A stretch of DNA of 64,000 bases, from NCBI GenBank assembly GCA_963789955.1, contig CAWBMV010000015.1, forward strand, positions 1 through 64,000. Direction: 5' to 3'. Shown one piece after another: positions 1-11,010 of the stretch (the first letter of the stretch is position 1; the number at the start of each line of letters is the position of its first letter). This stretch comes from an uncultured Candidatus Rokubacteria bacterium (lineage in GTDB: Bacteria; Methylomirabilota; Methylomirabilia; Rokubacteriales; CSP1-6). The position numbers were made by a program, and so were the translations under genes. Under the pieces are notes generated by a model. That model was not told the DNA's origin, searched no databases, and saw nothing but the letters and a program-made list of their open reading frames with translations.

Positions 1-711
1 ACGAAAGAACACGATCACTCGCGCATGAAACATTCGCGCGATCGAGTCAGGGGCGGTTATGACTCCTTGCTTGTCGTCCAGGAGGAAGGTTCTCGCGATA
101 CGGCGCCCTGACCCCCTGTCACGATGGAGGGGCGGGGATCATCAGGGACACCGCTTCCGAAAAAGAGCGTGTAGCGCGTGCCCGTCGCGGACGCGGTGAG
201 CTCGCGTCCGAGAGCCTCGCGCCCGGATCTTGAACCGCATCTGCTGCCCCTCTTTCAGAACCAGCAACGTCGAGCAGCAGGGAACAAAGGGACTCTGCTG
301 CACGTTCTCTGGAACTGGCGGGAGGTCTGCAGTCGTGGTGATGAGATCCAACGTCGGCCCCGGACCCTCCGGCCTCAGATCGAAGCTCAGATGGCCATGG
401 CTCTTGCCGTTAGTCGCGGCGATCCACGCGCTCTCTCTATCTCTTCCATACGTTCCGACGCAGGTCACCCAGCCATCGGGCGACAACCAACGCGGATTCG
501 CTTGTCGTCCAGTAGGTGGTCTTCGACGGCTCCGGCAGCTCGGCCGTGCGAAACCAGGACACCTTCTTCTCAGCACGGTCACCTAAACCGATTCGCCGAT
601 ACCCAGCGATGTGCTGTCGGCAGTCAGTTTCAGGTCCTCGCTCCAACGGAGGACGAGGTCACATCCCGCAAGGCCAATCACGATGGCCGCCGCGGCAAGC
701 GACCGCCTCAT
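1..711 (-). CDS. Putative lipoprotein with Ig-like (Big_2-type) beta-rich segments; frameshifted, runs off the window edge
   Basis: AGGAGG RBS before ATG at 711; MRRSLAAAAIVIGLAGC lipobox; protein-like sequence continues across frames (LKLTADSTSLGIGESV / KTTYWTTSESALVV / PDGWVTCVG / ELTASATGTRYTLFFG / TFLLDDKQGVITAPDS) to position 1. Confidence 0.55.
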
Positions 712-736
712 CGTGCGCCTCCTGTTTGGTTGCTCC

Positions 737-1514
737 TCACTCCTCAGCGGCCGGCGCCAACCACGGACACACCAGCCGCTCGACCAGACACACCGCACCA
801 AACAACAAGATCGCGATCAACGAGAGCAGGATCATCGAGGCGAACGCGAGCTCGGTCTTCCAGTAGGAGGTCGCCGAGAGAATCACGTAGCCGAGGCCCT
901 TGTCCGAGCCGATGAACTCGCCCACCACTGCGCCGATCACCGCGAGCGTGATCGCGACTTTGAGGCCGCTGAAAAAGAACGGCAGCGCCATCGGGAACGA
1001 ACCTTCACGAACGTCTTGAACGCGCTCGCGCGATACGAGCGTGAGAGCTCCAGGAGCTCTGGTGGCGTCGCCGCGAGTCCCGTCGCCGTGTCGACGACAA
1101 TTGGGAAGAACGCGACGAGGAAGGCGACGATCATTTTGGGGATCTCGCCGTAGCCGATGACCAGGAGCAGCACCGGCGCCACGGCGATCTTGGGCACCGC
1201 TTGCAGGAGCACGATCAGGGGGTAGAGCGCGCGCCGCATCGACGGCGAGTAGACGATCAGGGTGGCGAGAGGCACGCCGACGACGATAGAGAGCGCGAAG
1301 CCGCCAAGCGTCTCGTACAGGGTCACCCAGGAGTGTCCGATGAACCGATAGCGCCACTCCCACGCCTCTGTGGCGATCTCCGACGGTGCCGGCATGATGA
1401 ACTTCGGAATGCGCAGCACTGTGCCGATGCGAGCTCCCAGACGATGACCGCGCCGGCGACGGTCGCGGCGGGAACGACGTACCTGGACAGGTTCCGAAGG
1501 CTAGCGGCCATCAC
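737..1514 (-). CDS. NitT/TauT-family ABC transporter permease (frameshifted)
   Basis: Pieces in ORFs 1323-1514, 937-1419 and 737-1363: IPKFIMPAPSEI, LQAVPKIAVAP, ALPFFFSGLKVAITLAVIGAVVGEFIGSDKGLG. Confidence 0.9.
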
Positions 1515-2285
1515 CCGCGCCCTCGGCTCGCGAAGATCAGACCGCGAACCTCGTCGCTGTAGGCTTTGAACTTCGCGTCGAACTCCAGCTCGACGGTCTG
1601 GCGGTCGCGGCAGGTCGATCGTGATGACACGCGCGAATGCGCCCGGGCCCCGGCGTCATGACCACGACCTTGTCGGCGAGCAGGATTGCCTCGGGGATCG
1701 AGTGGGTGACGAAGAGAATCGTCTTTCGTCGCGCTTCCCAGATTCGAAGCAATTCGAAACCGAGCTCTTCGCGGGTCATCGCGTCGAGCGCGCCGAACGG
1801 CTCGTCCGTCAGGAGAAGGCTGGGTTGGGCGGCAGCAACGCACGGCAGATGGCAACGCGCTGTTGCATCCCGCCCGACAATTCGCGAGGCAGCCGGGTTC
1901 TGGAACTCGGCAAGGCCGCTCAGCGTGAGCAGCTCGAAGCGCACGCTGACGGTAGCCTTCGGGGCGCAGCGACCGCGAGCATGTCGGCCGAGAACAGCAC
2001 GTTGTCGAGTACGGTGCGCGAGGCAGGAGCACCGGAGTGGAAGACGATCCCGACATCGGGAAAGGGCTCGCGCACGACGGTGTCGCGTACGCGGCGGGTC
2101 CCCCCACCACTCACCAACGTGAGCCCCGCGACCAGCTTGAGCAGGGTGGACTTGCCGCAGCCGCTCGGCCCAACCAGCGTGACGAACTCGTTCTCGGCGA
2201 TGTCCAGCGTGATGCCCTCGACCGCGGAGACAAGGTCGCCGCGGCGGGCCCGGTACGTCTTCTCCACGCCCTGGAGTCGGATCAA
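1511..2285 (-). CDS. NitT/TauT-family ABC transporter ATP-binding protein (frameshifted)
   Basis: Walker A GPSGCGKST, LLLTDEPFGALDAMTRE and FVTHSIPEA split over three frames; overlaps the stop of the binding-protein gene. Confidence 0.9.
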
Positions 2286-3313
2286 GATCCTTTCTTCGCA
2301 GGTAGGAGATCGTTCGTGTAGATCTCCTGAAGCGGCACTTTCCGCTTGAGGCCGAGGTACTCCGTATACGTGTCACGCGTCTTCTCGAGCCTCGCGGGCT
2401 CGAATTGGCCCACCGCGACCGCGCCGCTCGACACCTCCTCGGTATAGACGAAGCGGCTGGCCACCTGCGCGGCGCCGAGCGCGCCGTCGGGATCGACCTC
2501 GGGATGGTGCTTCACGACGTACTTCACGCCTTCGTCGAAGTGTTTCTGCCGGAACGCATAGTCGGCGCCACGAAGTGTAGCGCGGAGGAAGGCCTTCAGC
2601 GGTTCGGGGTCCCGGGCGATCGTCTCATCCCGCGCGATCAGCGAGGTCGAGCTGAGATCGAGGCCGAGATCGGCCCACGCGACGAGGACACGGATGTCCT
2701 GGTTCGACTGTTTTGCGATCTTGCGGATCCTCGCCTCGTGCACGACGAAGAAGGGCACGGCGTCGGTCTGCCCGTTGATGAGGGCCGGCGGCATCGACGC
2801 CGCGTCCATCGTCACCCATGTGACCGAGTTGGGCGCCAGGCCTGACAGCTTCTCGAAGATGGGCCAGAGGATCTGGTGGCTGTTCCCCGGCGAGATCGCG
2901 AGCTTCTTCCCCGCGAGCTCCTTCGGCGACTTGATGGGCGAGTCGGCGCGCAAGAAGATCCCATGGGGTGGCCGCCGGTACCAGAGTGCGATGCCTTTCA
3001 CCTTCGCGTCAGTGTTGGCGCGTGCAGCGATGACCGTGGAGATGTCCGCGATGCCGACGTCGCCTTGGCCGGCGGCGATGCGCTTGACGGTGTCGGCCGA
3101 GCCCTGGCCGCGAATAATCTTTACGTCAAGCCCTTCCTCCCGGTACCAGCCCTTCTCGAGTGCGGTGTAGTGAGGCACGTACTCCCCGGTCGGCACGAAG
3201 TCGAGGACGAGCGTGTACGGTTTCACGGACATCTGGGCATCGCCGAAGCGCCAGACGGACAGCACTACGCCAACTGCGAGCAGCGCAACGCGCGCCCAGA
3301 TCGTCCGTGGCAT
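2282..3313 (-). CDS. NitT/TauT (NMT1/THI5-like) ABC substrate-binding protein
   Basis: GGAGG RBS and ATG at 3313; signal peptide; ALEKGWYREEGLDVKIIRGQGSADTVKRIAAGQGD and IKSPKELAGKKL motifs. Confidence 0.9.
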   Translation of the reverse strand: MPRTIWARVALLAVGVVLSVWRFGDAQMSVKPYTLVLDFVPTGEYVPHYTALEKGWYREEGLDVKIIRGQGSADTVKRIAAGQGDVGIADISTVIAARANTDAKVKGIALWYRRPPHGIFLRADSPIKSPKELAGKKLAISPGNSHQILWPIFEKLSGLAPNSVTWVTMDAASMPPALINGQTDAVPFFVVHEARIRKIAKQSNQDIRVLVAWADLGLDLSSTSLIARDETIARDPEPLKAFLRATLRGADYAFRQKHFDEGVKYVVKHHPEVDPDGALGAAQVASRFVYTEEVSSGAVAVGQFEPARLEKTRDTYTEYLGLKRKVPLQEIYTNDLLPAKKGS

Positions 3314-3477
3314 ACGAGAGTCCTCCCGGCGAGAGCAAGTCGTCGCAGTCTTTGTCGAAGCCGCGCTTATGATGGGCTCGGCTACCGATGATGGCAAGAG
3401 CCATCGAGTCACGATTCCTTGATAGCATAGCGAAGTTCTTGAAGGTACACGCACCAGCGGCCTGAGGAGCGGATGCC

Positions 3478-4683
3478 ATGATCTCAGGGACCAGTCGTGC
3501 CAGCCGCACCGTGTCTCGCATCGTGTTCGCGGCCGTCGGCGCCGCCTGCATGGCGCTGTCGTCCTGGGTGTGCTCTGCGGAGGAGCGTGTCACGGCTAGG
3601 CCCTCCTTCCGCGGCGAGGAGCTCAAGACCATCCTGTCCCATGGACCGTGGCCGGCGCCTGCGTCACATGACCCGACCAACCGAGTTTCGGGAAAAGCGG
3701 ACGCGATCGAGCTCGGCACGCTCCTGTTCTTCGAGCAACGTCTCTCCGGCAGCGGCACGAAGGCCTGCGCCAGCTGCCACGTTCCCGAGCGCAACTGGAC
3801 CGACAACCTACGTCGCGGGGTCGGAGTGGCCGAGCTCGATCGCAATACGCCGACGCTCATGAACGTGCGCGGGCAACGCTGGTACGGCTGGGACGGCGCT
3901 GCCGACAGCCTGTGGTCCCAGAGCCTGCGTCCGATCGTCGATGTCCGTGAGCTGGCGGCGACGCCGCGTCATGTGGCTGACCTCGTTCGCGGCGACGAAC
4001 AGCTATCCTGCTACTACAGGAAGGTATTCGGCGCGCGGCCGTCACCCACCGATGACGAAGCAGTGTTCGTGAATGTCGGGAAAACCCTCGCCGCCTTTCA
4101 GGAAACGCTGTTCAGCGGACGCACGCCGTTCGACCAGTTCCGCGACGCACTGGCGCGAGGGGAATCACCCGCTTCGCTGAGCTATTCCACGCCCGCACAG
4201 CGAGGACTCCAGATCTTTATCGGGAAGGGCGGGTGCACCGCCTGCCATTCGGGCCCGAACTTCACCAACGGCGAGTTCTTCAACACCGGCCTCTCGCGGT
4301 CCGAGCCGCCCGGGAAGCCCGATCCCGGACGCGACGCGGGTATCCGGCAACTGCAGGAGAGCCGCTTCAACTTGCTGGGCCCGTACAACGACGACACGAC
4401 GGGCGCCAGCGCTGCGCGCACCCGGCAGGTCGCCATGGGGAGAGGGAACTACGGCGAGTTCAAGGTGCCGCCACTGCGTAACCTGATGCTGACGGCCCCC
4501 TACGGCCACGACGGCGGCGTGGAGACGATCGCCGAGGTCGTGCGTCTACACGCCAACGACGGGCAACGCGCCGGCGCACCGAATCTCACCCCGCGTGAGC
4601 AGACCGATCTGGTCGTCTTCCTGGAATCGTTGAGCACCTTCGCCAATCCCTGGCGCCCTGAGGATGCCGCGCGGTGCGAATGA
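3478..4683 (+). CDS. Di-haem cytochrome c peroxidase / MauG superfamily protein
   Basis: Signal peptide; ELGTLLFFEQRLSGSGTKACASCH, RNTPTL, GWDG, CTACHSGPNFT, FKVPPLRN, TAPYGHDG; two CxxCH. Confidence 0.9.
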   Translation: MISGTSRASRTVSRIVFAAVGAACMALSSWVCSAEERVTARPSFRGEELKTILSHGPWPAPASHDPTNRVSGKADAIELGTLLFFEQRLSGSGTKACASCHVPERNWTDNLRRGVGVAELDRNTPTLMNVRGQRWYGWDGAADSLWSQSLRPIVDVRELAATPRHVADLVRGDEQLSCYYRKVFGARPSPTDDEAVFVNVGKTLAAFQETLFSGRTPFDQFRDALARGESPASLSYSTPAQRGLQIFIGKGGCTACHSGPNFTNGEFFNTGLSRSEPPGKPDPGRDAGIRQLQESRFNLLGPYNDDTTGASAARTRQVAMGRGNYGEFKVPPLRNLMLTAPYGHDGGVETIAEVVRLHANDGQRAGAPNLTPREQTDLVVFLESLSTFANPWRPEDAARCE

Positions 4684-4710
4684 AGCGGTGATTCGACTAC
4701 GCGATCGTCA

Positions 4711-5502
4711 TCAGACGGCCGGAATCGTACCGCCGTCGATCACGTATTCGCTCCCGTGAATCGAGGCCGCCCGATCGGAAACGAGGAAGGCGACGAGCTC
4801 CGCGACCTCCTCGGGACGGCCGGGCCTGCCGATCGGAATTCCGCCGAGAGAGTCCATCAGGCTCTGGCGCGCAACGTCCTCGGTCGTCCCGGCATTTTCG
4901 GCAAGCCGGGTGACGAGGCGAGTGGCAGCGGTCGTTTCGATGTAGCCCGGCGCCACCGTATTGACCCGCACGCCCTTGGGCCCGACTTCCTTCGATAAGC
5001 CCTTGCTGTACGTGGTCAGCGCCGCCTTGGCGGCTGCATAGGCGAGCGTCGCCTCGAACAGGGGCAGACGGCGCTGGATGGACGAGATATGGATGATGAC
5101 GCCCGACCCCCGCTCGAGCATCCCCGGAAGGAACGCGCGATCGAGGCGGACCGCAGCCAGCAGGTTGGCGTTGATCGTATCGTGCCAATCGTCGTCACTG
5201 AGAGCCAGCACACCGCCGCTCGGAGCAGAGGAGCCGCCCACGTTGTTGATGAGGATGTCCACGCCGCCGAGACGGGCGATGACTTCCGAGGACACGCGAT
5301 CGACCCCCGCGCGCGTACTGATATCGGCTTGGACGAACCACCCCACTGCCTGACTCTCCGGCCGCGGTGAGCGCGCGGTGGTCGCCACCGTTGCACCGCC
5401 ATCGGCGAGGCGCCGCACGATCGCCTCGCCCATCCCCTTGGTGCCGCCCGTGACGAGGACGCGCTTGCCGACGAATTCGGTTGGATCGCTGGAAAACGTC
5501 AT
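4711..5502 (-). CDS. Short-chain dehydrogenase/reductase
   Basis: TGGTKGMG, NNVG, YAAAK, IDGG motifs. Confidence 0.93.
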   Translation of the reverse strand: MTFSSDPTEFVGKRVLVTGGTKGMGEAIVRRLADGGATVATTARSPRPESQAVGWFVQADISTRAGVDRVSSEVIARLGGVDILINNVGGSSAPSGGVLALSDDDWHDTINANLLAAVRLDRAFLPGMLERGSGVIIHISSIQRRLPLFEATLAYAAAKAALTTYSKGLSKEVGPKGVRVNTVAPGYIETTAATRLVTRLAENAGTTEDVARQSLMDSLGGIPIGRPGRPEEVAELVAFLVSDRAASIHGSEYVIDGGTIPAV

Positions 5503-5524
5503 GGCGATCGGCGACCGGATACTC

Positions 5525-6325
5525 TCACTTCTCCGCGAGCGCGCGCCGCAGCTCCGTCGTCACGCGCGTTCCTTCGGCCATGATGAACGCGATCTCGCTG
5601 TTGGTCGTGATGAAGCGTGCGCCCTTGCGGATGTACTCGATCTGGCGCGGGATGTGGCGGTCGCCGCCCATCCCGGGGATCTTGCCGTTCGCGGCGGTCA
5701 CGGAGATGACGCGATCGATCGCCTTGGCGCCTTCCGGATCGCCGAACTGACCGGGCTTGCCCATCGCGGTCAGGAGATCGTTGGCGCCGATGTGGATCAC
5801 GTCCACGCCGTCCACCTTGGCGATCTCTTCGACGTTGTTCACGCCTTCCGGCGTCTCGATCATGCACACCACCAGGGTGGCGTCGTTCAGCGCCGCCACC
5901 GTCTGGCTGGCCGGCACCGGGCGGTAGTCGAACATCGGGTAGGCGCCCGCGGCGGAGCGCTTGCCTAGCGGGGGAAACTTGGCGCGAGCGACTGCCCGGC
6001 GCGCCTCGGCGGCGGTGTTGACGTCCGGGTAGACGATGCCCATCACGCCGTTGTCCAGCAGCACCTGCACGTCCTGGTCGTCGACGCTGCGGACGCGAGC
6101 GAGCGGCGTGATCCCGCACCCGAGCGCGGTGTGCGCGATGTGCGCGATGGTCTCCCGGGTGAAGATCGCGTGCTGGCCGTCGATGAAGATGAAGTCGTGG
6201 CCGCATGACTTCGCGATGCGGGCGATATCGCCCGAGCGCGCGAGGCGCACGTTCATGCCGAGCGCCACCTTGCCGGCCTTCATCATCTCTTTCAGGGGAT
6301 TCGTGAGGATCGGCGCGTCTGCCAT
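5525..6325 (-). CDS. HpcH/HpaI aldolase family protein
   Basis: RBS AGGAGG before ATG at 6325; DFIFIDGQH, MIETPEGVNNVEEIAKVDGVDVIHIGANDL. Confidence 0.9.
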   Translation of the reverse strand: MADAPILTNPLKEMMKAGKVALGMNVRLARSGDIARIAKSCGHDFIFIDGQHAIFTRETIAHIAHTALGCGITPLARVRSVDDQDVQVLLDNGVMGIVYPDVNTAAEARRAVARAKFPPLGKRSAAGAYPMFDYRPVPASQTVAALNDATLVVCMIETPEGVNNVEEIAKVDGVDVIHIGANDLLTAMGKPGQFGDPEGAKAIDRVISVTAANGKIPGMGGDRHIPRQIEYIRKGARFITTNSEIAFIMAEGTRVTTELRRALAEK

Positions 6326-6393
6326 GGGTTCCTCCTGGTCCGCGAAGTTTACCCCTGTCGGCGGAACGAACTCCACCTGCTATGCTCGAATGA

Positions 6394-7362
6394 ATGGCGG
6401 GCCGCTTTCTTGCGCTCCCCATCTTCGCGATCCTCGCGCTCTGGGGGTGTGCCGGCGTTGCGCCCGCTCCCACTCCACAGCGAGAGCGGGTCACGCTCAA
6501 GACGAGCAGCTCGACCCGGTACTACCCGGTCCGCGGGACGACGACGCTCGCCATCTTCGACGACATCGATCGGAACGGCCTGTTTGACAGTAGGGCCCAC
6601 CGCGCGGTCGGCCTGACGTCGGCGGACTGGAACATGGACTGGCAAGGCCGCGAGACTCGCCCGGGCCTCTGCGGTCCCTCCTCGGTGTCGATCACGCTCA
6701 ACCTCGTGGTGACACTGCCGCAACACAAGCGGCTGAACGACCTTTCGCCGGACATCACAGCGAGCTGGGGACGATTCGCCGCGAGTGTCGCCGCGCATGA
6801 GCAGCGTCATGTCGACATCTATCTAGACGGCGCCAGGAGAGTGAGGACTCTCATGGAGACGATCCTGGCGAGGCCGGCGTCGTGTGCCGAGCTTGGGAGC
6901 AAGATCCGCGGCCTCTGGGCCAGCCAGCAGGCCGACATCGAACGGGCACAGGATCAGTTTCACGTCGAAGACGACGCAAGGCGCCGGGACGATCGGAAGC
7001 CGCTGCAGGCTCAGATCGACATCAACCAGGCGCGACTCTCCGCTCTCAGCTCCGAGATGAGGACCCTCGATCAGAATCTCGCCGTTCTCAAGCGGCGACA
7101 CGACACGACGCAGGCCGAGCTCAACGCCATCCAAGCCGAGATGGGCAAGTCCGGCGCCTCACCGCCAAGCTGCTCGCAGTCCGGCGTGACGCGCCGGATC
7201 CAGGCGCTCTGTCAGCAGTACAACGGGCGCGTCGCCGCCTATAACGCCCTCGTTGAACAGCACAACGGCATCGTGTCTCGCCGGGGCCATCTCGCGGACG
7301 AGCACGACCGGGTCGTCGCGACCACGAACACCCTCATCGAGGCCCTCAACTGGACGAGATGA
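6394..7362 (+). CDS. DUF922-type Zn-dependent protease lipoprotein with C-terminal coiled coil
   Basis: Lipobox LWGC; YYPVRGTT, VVTLPQ and HEQRH (HExxH); heptad-rich C-terminus. Confidence 0.7.
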   Translation: MAGRFLALPIFAILALWGCAGVAPAPTPQRERVTLKTSSSTRYYPVRGTTTLAIFDDIDRNGLFDSRAHRAVGLTSADWNMDWQGRETRPGLCGPSSVSITLNLVVTLPQHKRLNDLSPDITASWGRFAASVAAHEQRHVDIYLDGARRVRTLMETILARPASCAELGSKIRGLWASQQADIERAQDQFHVEDDARRRDDRKPLQAQIDINQARLSALSSEMRTLDQNLAVLKRRHDTTQAELNAIQAEMGKSGASPPSCSQSGVTRRIQALCQQYNGRVAAYNALVEQHNGIVSRRGHLADEHDRVVATTNTLIEALNWTR

Positions 7363-7410
7363 GCGAGGCGGCCGGCGACCCGAGCGCTCCCCGCGTATAA
7401 TCGCGGGCAC

Positions 7411-9009
<1,599 letters not shown>

Positions 9010-9023
9010 TGGGAGAGCTCCGC

Positions 9024-10250
9024 ATGGAGTTTCACGTCACGCCGGCGCAGAGAGATCTGAAGGACCGCGCCCGGTGCCTGGCCGCCGACTTCGCCACCCG
9101 CGCCGCCCAGCACGATCGCGAGGCCAGCGACCCCGTCGAGAACTACGCCGCCCTGCGTGACGCCGGCTTCTACGGGCTCAACGTCCCGGCCGAGCTCGGC
9201 GGTGGCGGCGTGGGTCTGCTGGGCTGGTCGCTCGCCGCCGAAGAGCTGGCGCAGGGCTGCGGCTCGACGGCCTTGTCCTTCAACATGCACCTCTCCGTCG
9301 TCGGTCCGATGATGGAAAGCCCGCTGGTGCCGCGCGCCACCAAGGAACGACTCGCGAAGATGGTGGTCCACGAGGGCAAGCTGATCGGCGGCAATTTCTC
9401 CGAACCCACGACGTCAGGCCTGGTCGGCACGCCGGTGCCGCTCACACGAGCCCGGCGCGTCGACGGCGGCTATCGCATCACGGGAAGGAAGGCGTTCGCC
9501 TCGATGATCGCCGTGGCCGATCACGTGATGGTGCTGGCTCGGCCCGACGACACGACCTCGAACGCGGCGGCGATGTTCCTGCTGGTCCCGCCCGACGCGC
9601 CGGGACGCAAGGTCGATCTGGTGTGGGACACCCTGGGCATGCGCGCCACCCGCAGCGACGCGATGACGCTCGACGAGTGCTTCGTGCCCGACGAGGCGCT
9701 GCTGCTGCGGACGGAGGATCTCCTCCCGTTCCGGCGCGATGGCGCCAACTGGTTCTGGGGCTCCTACACGCCCGTGTACCTGGGCATCGGCGTCGCGGCG
9801 TATCGCGCCATCAGCGAGACCGTGAAGGGCCGCACGCCACCCGGCTTCACGCAGTCGCTCGCCTACCACCCGGACGTCCGGCGGCAGGTGGGAGAGATGA
9901 GCGTCGATCTGGAGGCCGCGCGCCTCTTGACGCACTACGCGGCCTGGCTCAGCGACACGCAGGGCCCGACGCCGGCGACCTTGTCGGCGCTCTACCGGGC
10001 CAAGTACTTCGTGGGCGAGGCGGTCACACGAGTTACGCGGACGGCCATGACCCTGGGCGGCGCCCACGCCCTGTTCAAGACGTCGCCCCTCGAGCGATTC
10101 TTTCGCGACGGAGCCGTCGCTCCCGTCCAGTTCCCGCCACGAGATTTCTGTCTATCGACGCTCGGCATGTTCGAGCTGGGCCTCGATCCCGGCGACGTCC
10201 TGCCGCCATTGAAGAGCGACCGCCCGGACACCGGGCCGGTCGTGCGCTAG
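9024..10250 (+). CDS. Acyl-CoA dehydrogenase family flavoprotein
   Basis: ATG at 9024; VPAELGGGG, STALSFNMH, GGNFSEP, YRITGRKAFAS, WDTLGMRATRS, LERFFRDG. Confidence 0.9.
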   Translation: MEFHVTPAQRDLKDRARCLAADFATRAAQHDREASDPVENYAALRDAGFYGLNVPAELGGGGVGLLGWSLAAEELAQGCGSTALSFNMHLSVVGPMMESPLVPRATKERLAKMVVHEGKLIGGNFSEPTTSGLVGTPVPLTRARRVDGGYRITGRKAFASMIAVADHVMVLARPDDTTSNAAAMFLLVPPDAPGRKVDLVWDTLGMRATRSDAMTLDECFVPDEALLLRTEDLLPFRRDGANWFWGSYTPVYLGIGVAAYRAISETVKGRTPPGFTQSLAYHPDVRRQVGEMSVDLEAARLLTHYAAWLSDTQGPTPATLSALYRAKYFVGEAVTRVTRTAMTLGGAHALFKTSPLERFFRDGAVAPVQFPPRDFCLSTLGMFELGLDPGDVLPPLKSDRPDTGPVVR

Positions 10251-10290
10251 TCGACGCGCCGCTGATCTCACGCGCGCTCGCGCTCACCCC

Positions 10291-10972
10291 ATGACCCGCT
10301 ACGAGAGCCGCGATGGACGGCTGCGCCTGTTCCGCGGGGACAGCCACCGCCTCCATCCGATCGCGTCGGGGAGCATCGGAGTGATCCTGACCTCGCCGCC
10401 CTACTGGGTGAAAGGGCGGGGGCGTTCGTCGGCCGAGCGTTACGCGCACGACCTGGCCGTGGGCTTCGGGCGTGAATGGAAGCGCGTCCTCGCGCCCGAC
10501 GGCGACCTCTGGCTGGTCGATCGGCGATCGCCACGACGGCGCCGAGTGGGTGGGGATGGACGCGCTCGTCACCGGCTGGCTCCGTCGCACCGGCTGGCGT
10601 CTTCAGTCGCGCGGCTTCTGGGTCCAAACAGGCTCCCGGGAGCGCTGGGACAACCGCGTCAACTATCTCCTGCGCTTCAGGAAGGCGGGGCAGGTCGTGC
10701 GTCCGCGCGGAACCACGCTCTGCTGGACCTTGCCGCTGCCGCGTTCCCACCCCGACAGCATTTGGGACGCGATCCCGGAGCCCGTGGTCCGGACGGTGCT
10801 CGAAGGCAGCAAAAAGCGCGGGCCCGTCCTCGATCCGTTCGCCGGCGCGGGAACGGTCGGCCGGGTCGTCGCGTCCCTCGGCCGCGAGTGGGTCGGCGTG
10901 GAGCTCGATCCGCGCATGGCCCGGCTCACGGCGCGCCGGCTCCGGCTCAAACGGCTACGCCCGACCCTGTAG
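10291..10972 (+). CDS. Small beta-class DNA amino-methyltransferase (N4-C/N6-A); one frameshift near 10520
   Basis: ILTSPPY catalytic motif, RVLAPDGDLW, then VLDPFAGAGT SAM-binding motif and WVGVELDP. Confidence 0.8.
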
Positions 10973-11010
10973 GGCGCGCGTGAGCTGGTCGAGGTGGTTG
11001 TCGAGGTTGC

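Noticed and set aside
51..130. GGGCGGTTA... resembling a tRNA 5' end
   Set aside because: No D-arm, T-arm (GTTCGA) or acceptor pairing; the region reads as coding on the minus strand.
3314..3430. Possible TPP riboswitch upstream of the NMT1/THI5-like binding protein
   Set aside because: Only a short hairpin (GATGGC-TCTT-GCCATC); the conserved CTGAGA and other TPP core elements are absent.
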